From Microgenomates group bacterium GW2011_GWC1_46_15 (GTDB lineage Bacteria > Patescibacteriota > Microgenomatia > UBA1400 > UBA12028), in contig LCLX01000002.1 in NCBI GenBank assembly GCA_001002285.1, forward strand, positions 131,827-195,826: a DNA stretch of 64,000 nucleotides, written 5' to 3'. Under the pieces are notes generated by a model, which saw only the letters and a list, made by a program, of their open reading frames with translations, made no database searches and was not told the DNA's origin. Below, piece after piece: positions 37,517 through 48,048 of the stretch. Every line of letters starts with the position of its first letter. Within the stretch, counting starts at the first letter, position 1. The position numbers were made by a program, and so were the translations under genes.

Positions 37517-38587
37517 ATGATGAAAACCATTCTTTCTTTTTATAAAAATCTTCTCGTTATGCATGTTCTTATTTTGCTCATCGCTGTTGGCGCGACATTT
37601 GCGTCTTGGAAAATTGTTACTCTAACCATTCACGCGGAAAAACAACGTGTATTTAACCAGGAAAAAGATCAGGCGGCGCAGTGGCTTACGGAAAAGTTTT
37701 CATTATATTATTCTGTGTTAAGAAGTTTTCGGGCGTTTTGGTATAGCAATCCCCACGTTTCACAAAGTCAGTGGGAAAAATTTGTGAAAGATTCGGGAGT
37801 AATCAGTGAGTATCCTGGAATCTCATCGGTGTTTATGATCAAACGAGTACAACAGGAAGGCGCGCGCCCCTTAGAACAAGATATGCGGCGTATTTCCAAT
37901 CCTGCGTATAAAAAATACACTATCCATCCGGTAAAAAAGGATGCAGAGTACTATCTTGGATTCTATATTTATCCCACCGAAGGTCGGGAAACGGCGTTAG
38001 GCCTCGATCACCTCTCTATTCAAGACCGGCAAGAAAAACTTTTTCAGGCACGAGATACCGGAAATATTATGAACACGAGAGAAACACTGCTTTTGAATAC
38101 TGGACGACCAGGATTTTTTCTTGTCGCCCCACTGTACGACAATGCGGTACCACACGACACTGTTGACGGAAGAAGAAAAGCGTTCTGGGGATTTTCCGCC
38201 ATTTCTTTCCGGAGCAACGAGCTTTTTTCTTCTATTTATGGCAACGAAGACCCGTTCCCATTCCTCGACTTTGAGATATACGATGGAACACAAGTAACGC
38301 CGGAAAATTTACTCTATGACCATGACCGATCTCTCTCTGCTGTTACTCTTTCAAATGCATCCAAAATGACATATCAACAGGAACTCAAGCTTGACGACAA
38401 TCGTTGGACGATTGTTTTTGCAACGAAACCAAACTTTACGTTAGGCAAGTTTCAAGAAATTTTGCCGTGGATTGTGCTTGGGATTGGCGGAGTGTTTTCA
38501 GCATTTGTTATGTTTAATCTTATTCAATATGTTTTACAGATGAAAAAAATACGACAAACGAAAGAAAAAGAGGTTCTGAAAAATTAG
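37517..38587 (+). CDS. membrane protein with periplasmic CHASE-like sensor domain (TM-domain-TM, no output domain)
   Basis: N-terminal TM, about 290-aa extracytoplasmic region with ...ETALGLDHLSIQDRQEKLFQARDTGNIMNTRETLLLNTGRPGFFLVAPLY resembling the CHASE consensus, C-terminal TM; start at MMKTIL. Confidence 0.45.
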   Translation: MMKTILSFYKNLLVMHVLILLIAVGATFASWKIVTLTIHAEKQRVFNQEKDQAAQWLTEKFSLYYSVLRSFRAFWYSNPHVSQSQWEKFVKDSGVISEYPGISSVFMIKRVQQEGARPLEQDMRRISNPAYKKYTIHPVKKDAEYYLGFYIYPTEGRETALGLDHLSIQDRQEKLFQARDTGNIMNTRETLLLNTGRPGFFLVAPLYDNAVPHDTVDGRRKAFWGFSAISFRSNELFSSIYGNEDPFPFLDFEIYDGTQVTPENLLYDHDRSLSAVTLSNASKMTYQQELKLDDNRWTIVFATKPNFTLGKFQEILPWIVLGIGGVFSAFVMFNLIQYVLQMKKIRQTKEKEVLKN

Positions 38588-38691
38588 TATTGGTGAGTTC
38601 ATCGCAAATCACCAAACTTTTTTGACTCTTAATATATTCTACGTAGGTATGAGCAAATATGGCCGCCACCTTTCAATGGTAAGATTTTAAT

Positions 38692-40389
38692 ATGGCAGCT
38701 ATTGTTGTCCAACCTTTTGTCAGCAGATTTGAAACTCCCAGAGTGAAAATTAGTAATGAAGCTTTCGAAAATTCTGGCATTGAAATTTTTAGCTCCGAAC
38801 GGATACCTTTTTCGGACCGAACCGGGCCTAAAATTGCCCAAAACCTAACCAAAATGTTTGTCTCACGTGTACAAAACTTACAAAAAAGTAGTCATGACTT
38901 CCATATTTATGAGCTAGGAGCGGGTACTGGAATCTTGGCAAAAAGAATGCTTGATCTACTTAAAACCAACTATCCAAATATCTATTCCCAAACCAAGCTC
39001 CATCTTTCAGATATCTCCATGCCAGCGCTTACCCAGCTTAAAATGTTGAAAGATCTTAAGACACACAGCAGTCATATTTTATTTGAGGTTATAGACGCTC
39101 TAAATCCTAAATTCTCCCATAAACCGCTCCTAGTATATTTCACAAATCTCATTGACGCACTCCCCCACAACCGCCAAATTTTGGTCAAAAACGGTCAGAT
39201 TTTCGAATTTCAGGTTCAAACTACGCTTAAAAAGGATACCCAAATTGTTGACGCCACCTCTTATCCACCAAAAATTCTCGAAGGAAATAAAATCACCGAC
39301 CTTTTCTCTCCAAATAACATTAAAAGGAGAATAATTCTAGCACCTCAAATTCTTCAATCCTTGGAAGAAAAATCTCGATTCGTTCCTGTCGACGAAGTAT
39401 CAAATATGACTGAAAAAGAACGGGGAGATCTAAAAAACTTAGTAAAATCCAAGGACAACGGCGCTCCTTTTGTGTTTAATTATAACTATCCGGCCCGGCT
39501 GGCAATCATAAAAATGATTCGGGAATTGGAAAAGGGGGGGTTTATCTTTTTCTCGGACTTCGGCATTGCTGAAGGAACACTCGAAGAGGGTCTGCATCTG
39601 GAATGCGGTTTAACGATTTTTTTTACTGTAGACTTCCCTTCCTTTAAACAAATAGCACATACTGAGGGAGCATCTTGTTTTTTAACTTCCTATCTTCCGG
39701 GCTACCCGCAAGAAATGGTCATAGATACACTCCGTAATGATCTGACAATGGCAAATCTATTCCAAAAAGCTTCTATAGATTATCTTCAAGGCGAAGTAAG
39801 CGCTTTTTTGGAAAATGTTAAAACTGTTCTTTCCAATAGCCAAATGGCTAAAAATCAAAAATCAAAAAGGATTCACCATCTTTATAATTCTTTGTCTGTC
39901 GATGTAAGCCATAACTATCAACTGTTAAGTGATCTGCCTTATTTCTTCCTCCAGGCAGGTTTTTACAAAGATGCAGATTTTTATGCGGACATTCTCTATA
40001 ACCAGTATGGTCATTCTGTGGGAGTTTATTACGACATAATCAAAGGTAAGGTGCGGCAAGAAGAAGGCAATTTTAAAACCGCCGAGAAATTTTTTAAAGA
40101 GGCGGCCGAAAGCCACAAGGGATTTATAGCTTATGCGTATCTGGCCGAACTTTATTGGCAACATAAGCGCTACCCTGACTACGTTGAAGCTATTAAAAAG
40201 TATCTGAAATTCACCAGAAAAAGAGATCACCTAACAAGCCTGCTCTCAATCGCTTCAGCACAGGAGAAATATCTTGGTCCAGAAAAGGCCAAAAAAACTT
40301 TGGCGATTTTTATTAGTTTTGGGAAAAAATTAAAAAATCTTTCTTTATCAGAAAAAACATCTCTGGAACAAGCCCGCAGATTATTGTAA
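38692..40389 (+). CDS. class I SAM-dependent methyltransferase-like protein (MidA/DUF185-like) with helical C-terminal domain
   Basis: HIYELGAGTGILAKRMLDLL (motif I GxGxG), followed by DUF185-like architecture and a TPR-like C-terminus. Confidence 0.4.
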   Translation: MAAIVVQPFVSRFETPRVKISNEAFENSGIEIFSSERIPFSDRTGPKIAQNLTKMFVSRVQNLQKSSHDFHIYELGAGTGILAKRMLDLLKTNYPNIYSQTKLHLSDISMPALTQLKMLKDLKTHSSHILFEVIDALNPKFSHKPLLVYFTNLIDALPHNRQILVKNGQIFEFQVQTTLKKDTQIVDATSYPPKILEGNKITDLFSPNNIKRRIILAPQILQSLEEKSRFVPVDEVSNMTEKERGDLKNLVKSKDNGAPFVFNYNYPARLAIIKMIRELEKGGFIFFSDFGIAEGTLEEGLHLECGLTIFFTVDFPSFKQIAHTEGASCFLTSYLPGYPQEMVIDTLRNDLTMANLFQKASIDYLQGEVSAFLENVKTVLSNSQMAKNQKSKRIHHLYNSLSVDVSHNYQLLSDLPYFFLQAGFYKDADFYADILYNQYGHSVGVYYDIIKGKVRQEEGNFKTAEKFFKEAAESHKGFIAYAYLAELYWQHKRYPDYVEAIKKYLKFTRKRDHLTSLLSIASAQEKYLGPEKAKKTLAIFISFGKKLKNLSLSEKTSLEQARRLL

Positions 40390-40398
40390 GCTAAAAAT

Positions 40399-43065
40399 AT
40401 GGCGGGTACATTTTCTACCGATCTGACACCTATCAAAGCAGCGGAAGCGACCGCCGATTATTCTTTAGTCGGCACTTTAAAAAGCGCCATGGCGCTTAAT
40501 GACGACTATAAACTTGAAAGTACCAACTGCATCACTTGCGGTGTCAGCAGCGCCACTGGTACTGGTACCGCTAGCATACTGGCCTTGACTCCTTCTGCAA
40601 ATCTAAATCTAACTGGTGCAGGATACCATTTTTTTATGTGGATCAAAGGTATCGCTTGGCCGTCAATGGCCATAAGAGCGTCTGGAGGACTTGGTATGTC
40701 CATATCTTCAGATGCCCCACCAACGGCAGTTATTTCTGTTTTGTCAGCGGTTGTTGTCAATGGTGGAACTTCGGGGACATATGCAGTCAGTGACGTCTTA
40801 ACCGTTGTCGGAGGAACTGGTACCGCCGCAACACTTACGGTTACAGGAGTTAGCGCAGGCAAAGTGACGACCGTAATTCCTACTGCCTCCACCCGGGGAG
40901 CATATACAACCTTTCCCACAAACCCTGTTTCTGTTACAGGGGGTGGTGGTACAGGAGCCACTTTTACCCTCACTTCCATTAACACCACCACCAACACTAA
41001 ACAATGGTTTGTCGGAGGTAGTAATACAGATTCCGTCGTGGGCTGGACAAACTATGTGGTTGATATAGACGGTACACCGGATATTTCCATAGGTACTCCC
41101 GCTATGAACTCGGTTGACAGAATGGGTTTTCGTATGACAGCTACCGCAGTTGTGAAAGTAGCTAACTTCATTTTTGACGTTAGCCGGTATGGGAAAGGAA
41201 GTACTATAAATGACGGGACTGGTAGTGTTCCTGTCACCCTGGCCGATTACCAAGTATATGACAATGCCAATGCCCGCTCCTGGGGCGTTGTTACTACCCA
41301 AAATGGTATTTATTTTATCTGCGGAAAACTTAATATCGGAACGGTTGCCCAAAGCGCAGAGACGGTATTTAAGGAGCAAGCTAACGTCATCGTCTACCAG
41401 GATTTTCCCGTTGCATCAACTTTTTATGAAATTCTAGTTGTGGGAGCGAGCGCCCAAAAAACTACTTTTCAGCTAGGAAGTTATGACCCCGCTTCGGGAT
41501 TAACTTCAGGCGGGTGTACTATCAAAGGTTCTGGTAATGTCAACAGCTCGTCTCGAACTGATGGCACGGTAGGAATCGCCCACTCCGTTTGGACTCTTAC
41601 GGCCAGCGACGCCAACCAGGTAACCAAACTATACGCTTCAACCTTTTCCGAAATGCTTAGCGCGGCCTTAGCATACAACGCAGTTTCTATTGAACTGACC
41701 ACTAACTGCACCACCAATGGAACCGTCACGCTTGTGACATCCGACAGTTATGATACGTCCGGAATTGTGATCGGAATGAAAGTAACCGGCACAAATATCG
41801 ATGCCAATACTTACGTTTCGTCCATTGAAAGCGCTACTTCTTTAACTATGGATAAAGCCGCCACAGGTTCAGGGTCTTCACTCACCATGACCTTTACCCA
41901 CAACAACGAAATAAGGGGTTGTACTTTCTCAAATTTCGGCACCATCACAACCAACGGGTGTGTTATAGATAGTTGCACATTTCAAGACGTCAAAACCGGA
42001 GCGCCAATCAGTGCTACTTATGCGTTGATTGTGAACTCCACTACAGAAATGGGCAGGATCACTAACTCCAAATTTATTAACTGCAACCGCGCAATCAAAA
42101 TTACTACTGCGGGTGATTATACTTTTACCGGCAACACCTTCTCTGGAAACACGTACGATATCGAAAACTCGGCCGCCGGTGCCAATGTCACCGATATCTA
42201 TTCAGAAAGCAATTCCGATGGCACCATTGCACTCAACGACTCTACAATCGGAGTTTCTCAGTCGTTTACTGGCGATGGAAATAAATTGGCCAACGCTGTT
42301 TTCTACTTAAGCAAAACGAATGCTCCATCTGGGAATGCTGTCGCGAAAGTGTATGCGCATTCTGGTACTTTTGCTTCTAGTTCGCTTCCCACTGGAACTG
42401 CTTTGGCTACAAGTCGAAATGTTGACGTTACCGCTCTCACTGGTTCGCTTGCTCTCACTACTTTTTATTTTGGCGATCAGGGTCAAAACATTACCCTTAC
42501 AAACGGCACAAAATATGTTGTTACCATTGAATATAGTAGTGGAACTTCAAGCAATACTGTTAACGTTGGCCGTGATGCGAGTAGTGCTACAGCAGCCGGT
42601 AGCTGCGCAACCTTGGTCGGCACAACTTGGACTTCAACCGCAACTACTACCGACGCCTGCTTTTACGTACGTACTGGTGGCGTTGTTACAATCACTCTCG
42701 CTAGCGGATCAAATCCCTCCGCAAATAAGGTTTTGAACAGTAACGCTATTCCGGGCGCTATTACAATAAATACAGGTGTAAATATAACGGTCCATGTGCA
42801 AGATTCAAGTCAAGTCAATATAACAGGAGCCGGGGTTCAAATATTTCAGACTTCAACTCCAACGAATATTATCGCGAACACAACAACAGATGGCTCTGGT
42901 AACATCGTTGGAAGTACTACACTCTCCGTAGGGACAGGTCTTACTATTAGAGTCCGCAAATCTTCTAGTGGCACTCGATATGTCCCCGCAGAAACCACAA
43001 CCACCGTTCCTTCTGTAGACTCCACCATCACGGTTGTTCTTACTGTAGACACGATTGCCGCGTAG
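40399..43065 (+). CDS. giant Thr/Ser/Gly/Asn-rich protein with right-handed beta-helix repeats (tail-fibre/adhesin-like), no signal peptide
   Basis: 888 aa, no hydrophobic N-terminus; runs of GTGTA/TTTNT and pectate-lyase-like repeats ...NSTTEMGRITNSKFINCNRAIKITTAGDYTFTGNTFSGNTYDIENSAAG... Confidence 0.6.
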   Translation: MAGTFSTDLTPIKAAEATADYSLVGTLKSAMALNDDYKLESTNCITCGVSSATGTGTASILALTPSANLNLTGAGYHFFMWIKGIAWPSMAIRASGGLGMSISSDAPPTAVISVLSAVVVNGGTSGTYAVSDVLTVVGGTGTAATLTVTGVSAGKVTTVIPTASTRGAYTTFPTNPVSVTGGGGTGATFTLTSINTTTNTKQWFVGGSNTDSVVGWTNYVVDIDGTPDISIGTPAMNSVDRMGFRMTATAVVKVANFIFDVSRYGKGSTINDGTGSVPVTLADYQVYDNANARSWGVVTTQNGIYFICGKLNIGTVAQSAETVFKEQANVIVYQDFPVASTFYEILVVGASAQKTTFQLGSYDPASGLTSGGCTIKGSGNVNSSSRTDGTVGIAHSVWTLTASDANQVTKLYASTFSEMLSAALAYNAVSIELTTNCTTNGTVTLVTSDSYDTSGIVIGMKVTGTNIDANTYVSSIESATSLTMDKAATGSGSSLTMTFTHNNEIRGCTFSNFGTITTNGCVIDSCTFQDVKTGAPISATYALIVNSTTEMGRITNSKFINCNRAIKITTAGDYTFTGNTFSGNTYDIENSAAGANVTDIYSESNSDGTIALNDSTIGVSQSFTGDGNKLANAVFYLSKTNAPSGNAVAKVYAHSGTFASSSLPTGTALATSRNVDVTALTGSLALTTFYFGDQGQNITLTNGTKYVVTIEYSSGTSSNTVNVGRDASSATAAGSCATLVGTTWTSTATTTDACFYVRTGGVVTITLASGSNPSANKVLNSNAIPGAITINTGVNITVHVQDSSQVNITGAGVQIFQTSTPTNIIANTTTDGSGNIVGSTTLSVGTGLTIRVRKSSSGTRYVPAETTTTVPSVDSTITVVLTVDTIAA

Positions 43066-43107
43066 AAATGTGATGATATCGTTTTATAATCCTGCTATAC
43101 TCGCACT

Positions 43108-43620
43108 ATGCAAATCGTTGATATTAACGGAACAGAACGCACATGTTTAAAGGCGTTCCCTGACCCCGCATACCCTGGATATATGCGCGTTGAGTTCAGA
43201 ACTCACCATGAATGGTTCACGCTCAAAGAGTTTCTTTTTTTTAACCCCACGCTGAAAAACTTAATGGCTGGTGCTCCCAATCTTCCTGCCGATGATCTTG
43301 GAGTCGTTACATCATCCGGAAAAAACTTTATCAGAGATGCAAAGAAAAACTGGAAAGAAAACAGTTATATTGATTTCACGATTTGGATCTCGCGGGGGCT
43401 TGGTGAGGGACAAACACGAAGGGTGATGAGGAATACACGAAACACGGTCTATACCAATACACCTTGGAATACCAAACCAAATAAAACTTCTCAGTATTTA
43501 ATTTCACATGATATTCACGATGTGAAAGCGTTTGGAAATGTTCTTCCACAAATTGAACAGGCCGAATACGAAAGACGCGCTAAAGAAATGGATAAAAAGA
43601 AAGCACCACAAAAAAATTAA
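43108..43620 (+). CDS. hypothetical protein
   Basis: 170-aa ORF with Lys-rich C-terminus; no motif. Confidence 0.4.
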   Translation: MQIVDINGTERTCLKAFPDPAYPGYMRVEFRTHHEWFTLKEFLFFNPTLKNLMAGAPNLPADDLGVVTSSGKNFIRDAKKNWKENSYIDFTIWISRGLGEGQTRRVMRNTRNTVYTNTPWNTKPNKTSQYLISHDIHDVKAFGNVLPQIEQAEYERRAKEMDKKKAPQKN

Positions 43621-43631
43621 AAATATATACT

Positions 43632-44105
43632 ATGAAACTCGCAAAAGAATATCAGTTCCTCGTTATTATCAGCCTCTTTATTTTTGCGTACGTGCTCGAA
43701 GCGCTCGTGAATCCTCTGCAAATCAATCTTATTACTCCATACAGCTACCTTAACCCACAAATTCTTGCGAAGTACCCGTTTACAACCGCAATTATTGCGA
43801 TTAAAAGTATCGCGATCTTTTGGACCCCACTATTTCTTTTTTCTTTTATCCAGAAAGCATACGCCGCAAAGGGAAGCATTTTCCTTGTATTAGCCGGACT
43901 TCTCCAGTTATACTCACTCCAAGAAATCGCAACCGGTGCCCAAATTGTGCCACTGGAGTGGTCACTCGCGCTTTCTGTTGCGGGAATACTCCTTCTTATC
44001 CCAACCAGTCTTTTTTTCCTTCAGCATAGTTTTCATACAATGCGTGCGAAAATCCACTCGCCTACTCCTCCACCCATTGCTTCTCCACAAAAATCCACTC
44101 CTTGA
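43632..44105 (+). CDS. hypothetical membrane protein (about 4 TM)
   Basis: 157 aa, hydrophobic helices, Pro-rich C-terminus. Confidence 0.4.
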   Translation: MKLAKEYQFLVIISLFIFAYVLEALVNPLQINLITPYSYLNPQILAKYPFTTAIIAIKSIAIFWTPLFLFSFIQKAYAAKGSIFLVLAGLLQLYSLQEIATGAQIVPLEWSLALSVAGILLLIPTSLFFLQHSFHTMRAKIHSPTPPPIASPQKSTP

Positions 44106-44136
44106 CGCTGACCCTTCCTCTTACTACTATTGATGT

Positions 44137-44499
44137 ATGCACAAGCAATTTTTCGTGCTGGCTGACTACAGAGAAAAAAGCATACATTGGAAAGCGGGAA
44201 ATATTGTACTCGTGGATCCTGATATTGCAGTTCCATTTATTGGAACGATTCTTACCCCACTGTACTCTGCCATCAAAGCAGGTCTGTATCCACCGGCTCC
44301 GCAAGAGCCGCTTGCCATAAAAATGATGAAAAAGATGAAAGAAAATGTGAAAGAAATTGTTGGTATGCCGCCAGAATCATCAAAAAATCCTCCGCCCTCC
44401 TCACTTGGCTCAATCCTTGCGAAGAAAAAGTTTTTACAAAACGATATCCGAGCAAAAATTCAGGCAAAGAAAGCTGAACGCGCGCAAGGAAAGAGTTAG
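44137..44499 (+). CDS. hypothetical protein
   Basis: 120-aa ORF; Lys-rich C-terminus. Confidence 0.35.
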   Translation: MHKQFFVLADYREKSIHWKAGNIVLVDPDIAVPFIGTILTPLYSAIKAGLYPPAPQEPLAIKMMKKMKENVKEIVGMPPESSKNPPPSSLGSILAKKKFLQNDIRAKIQAKKAERAQGKS

Positions 44500-44573
44500 C
44501 TCTTGTAACTTTGTAGTGTATACATAATACTAAAACTTGATTATTGTGGAAGTAATGGCATAAAGAAACATAT

Positions 44574-47222
44574 ATGGCAATAGCAAATGATTGGCGCATA
44601 GACTATACAAATAAACTCATTGTTCATGCAACGAGTGAGCTTGCGTACCAAACGCAAACCGTAAATTATACTGTTGGTGATCTTATTACCCAAGCAGTTT
44701 CTGGAGCAACAGCGGTTATCGTTGCTGATGTTGATGGTGGTGCTACGGGAACACTCCATATCGCGTACGTTACCGGAACGTTTAACAACACCAATACGAT
44801 TACGGATCAGCATACTGGTTCCGCTGCGCCGAACATCCCAACTGGGCTTGTTACAAAAACCGCAACATATACGACCCGCGCACTGTACTCATACATTCAA
44901 GACACGTTTGACGAGCTTGTTCAGCTTGACGATACCGTTCCAATGTCCGCCCAGACGCCTACTGAGTTTACACTTATTAACGGGTGGTTTATTGACGATA
45001 ACTCGGTCAAGTTCCTATACGGCGGAGCACTTCAAACATCTGGCTATGATGCTGTAATCCAGATGATAGCTTTTGGCGGAACATATACCCCGGCAATTAA
45101 TTCTGATATCGGAAAGATGGTGAACGACGATACTGTTGATAGCGGTAATCTCCTCCATTTCAACAATACAACGAAAAAATGGTGGGTTCGTTGGGGAACC
45201 CAAATCGCTTCCGGTTCAGCTATGACACTAGATGGTTCGGGTACTGGTGCCGGAACAACAAATGTTAACGGAGACATTACTGGTGAAGATTTGTACGCGA
45301 ACGTCTATACCTTGGGAAGCATCGCAACAAATCCAAATCCGCAAACATATATTTTCCAGAACTCCGCCTCCATTACACCGTGGTGGGGTCGTGGAGACGT
45401 AAACGCTGCTATTGACGTCCTCATTAAGGTAAAAGAACTTGGAAGCGAAATTGATGGTGCAAATATTACCGTGTATGTCCGCCATTACGGCGACTTATAC
45501 GACCACTTTGCCATTGATCTTACAAACGGAGGACGCAACGCCGTTCCTCTCTCCTCTGCTACAGACTTGAACAATAATACACTGGGTGAAGCGTATCTTT
45601 TATACGATGGTCAAGGAGCAACAAACTTTACGGCAGGTCTCATCCTCACCAATGCCGGTGGCACCGCAACCGCTGAGATCATCGCTGATACAGATAACGG
45701 TGCGAATGGATATTTAACCTTAGGGAATGTCAAAGGTACTTTTGCAGATGGTGAAATTATTACCGATACTTCCACAGGATCGGCAACAGTCAATGGAAGT
45801 GTTGGCGACACTGTTCTCAACTTTGATACCGAAACCGCGGCATTTGTCGCACTTGATCAAATCGTTACAGGCGGCACTTCTCTTGCACAACGACAACTCA
45901 AAGGTATTCAGGATGATGCGGGAGCAACCGGAAGGCTTGTCTTAAAGGTGAGCGACACCGCCGATGCTGATCACTTTAAAACATTCTCTGACAATGAAAT
46001 TATTACTGGGGCAACAAATGGAAGCGCTTCTGCTAATGGTGCTTCTACTACAGCCGCCGCAGGGTTTGCAAATATCAAAACTTGGTTTGTAAACGTCGAG
46101 GTAGACTTTGCAAGCAAAACGGGATCGGTACCGGCGGGAAGTACGGTGACCGGAGCAACCTCTGGAGCGATAGGAGTGTTTTTAGGGGAAAAAGACGCAA
46201 ACACACTCACCATTGGGAACTGGAACGGAATAAATTTTACTGCAAGTGAACAACTTCGAGTAGATGTGTCAAACTACTACGCGCTTCATGCAACACTCAA
46301 TCAAACATCCGCTTTTACAATGAACAAGGCGTTCACCCAAGGAACAAATAATCCGTACTCTATTATTGTGGACTGTGCAAACCGCTCACTCTCTCAAGTT
46401 TACGAATGGCTTAAGTACATTACACGCGATGGTGCCAACTCAAGCCAAGTTTATCGCCAAATTATGTACCCCGTTATCTCTTCAACCGTTGTCCAACAAG
46501 ATGGCGAAGAATACATCGCAGCCCGCGTTCTCCCTGATACTGCGTTCACACCAGTCAAAGCTTCCCCATTTGGGACCTTTGCTGGAGGTAAACTCTTCGG
46601 TGCCCAAGGTGTTTGGGTGCAAAACATGGTAAGCACCGATGTTCAATCATTCCAGCTTATTGACAGTAACGGAGCTACCCGTACTCCGCCGAACTTCCAA
46701 TCGCTTACCGTCACCGGTGTCATTTCTGGAGATAAGGTTGCAGTATTCCGCACCACAGGAGGTACAACAATTAATAAAGCCGTATTTACACTTGCCGCAG
46801 GAAACAATGCTGGGAATAGCACGATCGTTGTAAATGAAGCAATCCCAACCGATACTCCTTCTCCGACCGGTGTTATTCGGTTAGTTGATACGTCAGACAC
46901 GAGTATTAATCGTGAAACAAAGTACACGTATACGAGTTGGGATGGCGGCACAAAAACATTCTCTGGCGTATCTCCCGTCCTAGATAGAAATTACACATTA
47001 ACGGATGACACAGCCTACGTTCCATACATTGATACCACAGCATCTGGCACGAGCGTTACCGTTTCGGTTATTTACCCAAGTGCTGACCGCACGGTGCTCG
47101 CCCGTGTCCGCCGGTATAACGGTGTAGGTGACTCTATTCTTCCTTTCGAAACAACCGGAACATACAGCTCTACCGGGTACTCTACTGCTGCTATCCGTAC
47201 ATCCGACTCCATCGTTCTATAG
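44574..47222 (+). CDS. giant Thr/Gly/Asn-rich protein with four internal about 65-aa repeats (tail-fibre/adhesin-like), no signal peptide
   Basis: 882 aa; repeats of form G(A/T)TSGATxxV...D..A.GTL.L..V.GTF..(N/G)E.IT (e.g. VSGATAVIVADVDGGATGTLHIAYVTGTF; GGTATAEIIADTDNGANGYLTLGNVKGTF; GATNGSASANGAS; VTGATSGAIGVFLG). Confidence 0.6.
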   Translation: MAIANDWRIDYTNKLIVHATSELAYQTQTVNYTVGDLITQAVSGATAVIVADVDGGATGTLHIAYVTGTFNNTNTITDQHTGSAAPNIPTGLVTKTATYTTRALYSYIQDTFDELVQLDDTVPMSAQTPTEFTLINGWFIDDNSVKFLYGGALQTSGYDAVIQMIAFGGTYTPAINSDIGKMVNDDTVDSGNLLHFNNTTKKWWVRWGTQIASGSAMTLDGSGTGAGTTNVNGDITGEDLYANVYTLGSIATNPNPQTYIFQNSASITPWWGRGDVNAAIDVLIKVKELGSEIDGANITVYVRHYGDLYDHFAIDLTNGGRNAVPLSSATDLNNNTLGEAYLLYDGQGATNFTAGLILTNAGGTATAEIIADTDNGANGYLTLGNVKGTFADGEIITDTSTGSATVNGSVGDTVLNFDTETAAFVALDQIVTGGTSLAQRQLKGIQDDAGATGRLVLKVSDTADADHFKTFSDNEIITGATNGSASANGASTTAAAGFANIKTWFVNVEVDFASKTGSVPAGSTVTGATSGAIGVFLGEKDANTLTIGNWNGINFTASEQLRVDVSNYYALHATLNQTSAFTMNKAFTQGTNNPYSIIVDCANRSLSQVYEWLKYITRDGANSSQVYRQIMYPVISSTVVQQDGEEYIAARVLPDTAFTPVKASPFGTFAGGKLFGAQGVWVQNMVSTDVQSFQLIDSNGATRTPPNFQSLTVTGVISGDKVAVFRTTGGTTINKAVFTLAAGNNAGNSTIVVNEAIPTDTPSPTGVIRLVDTSDTSINRETKYTYTSWDGGTKTFSGVSPVLDRNYTLTDDTAYVPYIDTTASGTSVTVSVIYPSADRTVLARVRRYNGVGDSILPFETTGTYSSTGYSTAAIRTSDSIVL

Positions 47223-47243
47223 TTCTCTTGCTATAATGTCCCC

Positions 47244-47771
47244 ATGGCATACGTTTTCAACTTTTACACACAGATTATTGACATAACAAATCCGCAGACA
47301 ACCGTGGTGATTCAAGACTTGATTAACGAGATCCGCACCCAGGAATCTTCGGCTACCGGTATGGCATATCCAAAAATCGCCGATGCAGGAGGAAAGGATA
47401 ATCTTGGAGGCGGAGTGAGTACAGGCATAACCATCACACTCTACCCAGACTGGCAGCTCCGTTTTTGGGCAGGAAGCTACATTGCCGATATCACCGGCGG
47501 CAACCTTGTGGGAGGTTTGGGTGGCAATCCATTTGCATATGTTGCGGGCGTACAAATCAAAGTTATTCAGTCTGCCGCTTCAACTATTGTTACCAGTGGC
47601 GGTTCTGCACTCACAACAGCAGAACACGATAAACTCATGTCCGGTCTCGATGCCACCATTCCCCCAGCCGTGTGGGAAGAGCTTCTTGCAAGCCACCAGA
47701 CGGCGGGAACAATGGGCAAAGCGCTCAAAGATATCAAAACAAAAGCAACGCTTGGCGCGATTAGTAAATAG
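47244..47771 (+). CDS. Gly-rich hypothetical protein (tail-fibre-like small partner)
   Basis: 175 aa, NLGGGVSTGITITLY...GGNLVGGLGGNPFAYVAGV; no signal peptide. Confidence 0.5.
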   Translation: MAYVFNFYTQIIDITNPQTTVVIQDLINEIRTQESSATGMAYPKIADAGGKDNLGGGVSTGITITLYPDWQLRFWAGSYIADITGGNLVGGLGGNPFAYVAGVQIKVIQSAASTIVTSGGSALTTAEHDKLMSGLDATIPPAVWEELLASHQTAGTMGKALKDIKTKATLGAISK

Positions 47772-47863
47772 TATAATTTTTTCTTCAAGACGTCTCTTGT
47801 TTTTCTCCTCTAATCTGCTTATGATGAATATCAGATTGTTGTATAGGAAAAAAGGAGGAAGAT

Positions 47864-48034
47864 ATGTTCCAAAATATCGGCACAACGGAAGTTGCCATTG
47901 TCGCGGTGCTTCTTTTGCTCTTGTTCGGAGGAAAAAAACTTCCAGAGCTTGGCAAAGGATTGGGTGAGGCAGCGCGTGAAATCCGCAAAGCGTTTACCGA
48001 GGACGATGCGTCTGAGAAGAAAAAGAAGTCATAA
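47864..48034 (+). CDS. tatA: twin-arginine translocase subunit TatA/E, copy 3 (56 aa; not in ORF track)
   Basis: MFQNIGTTEVAIVAVLLLLLFGGKKLPELGKGLGEAAREIRKAF...; AAGGAGG RBS. Confidence 0.8.
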   Translation: MFQNIGTTEVAIVAVLLLLLFGGKKLPELGKGLGEAAREIRKAFTEDDASEKKKKS

Positions 48035-48048
48035 AGAAAGGACTCGAT

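Noticed and set aside
40506-41379. Minus-strand ORFs inside the first giant gene (163 aa and 193 aa)
   Set aside because: They are antisense to the 888-aa CDS in a compositionally biased region, and the long ORFs follow from its low codon complexity.
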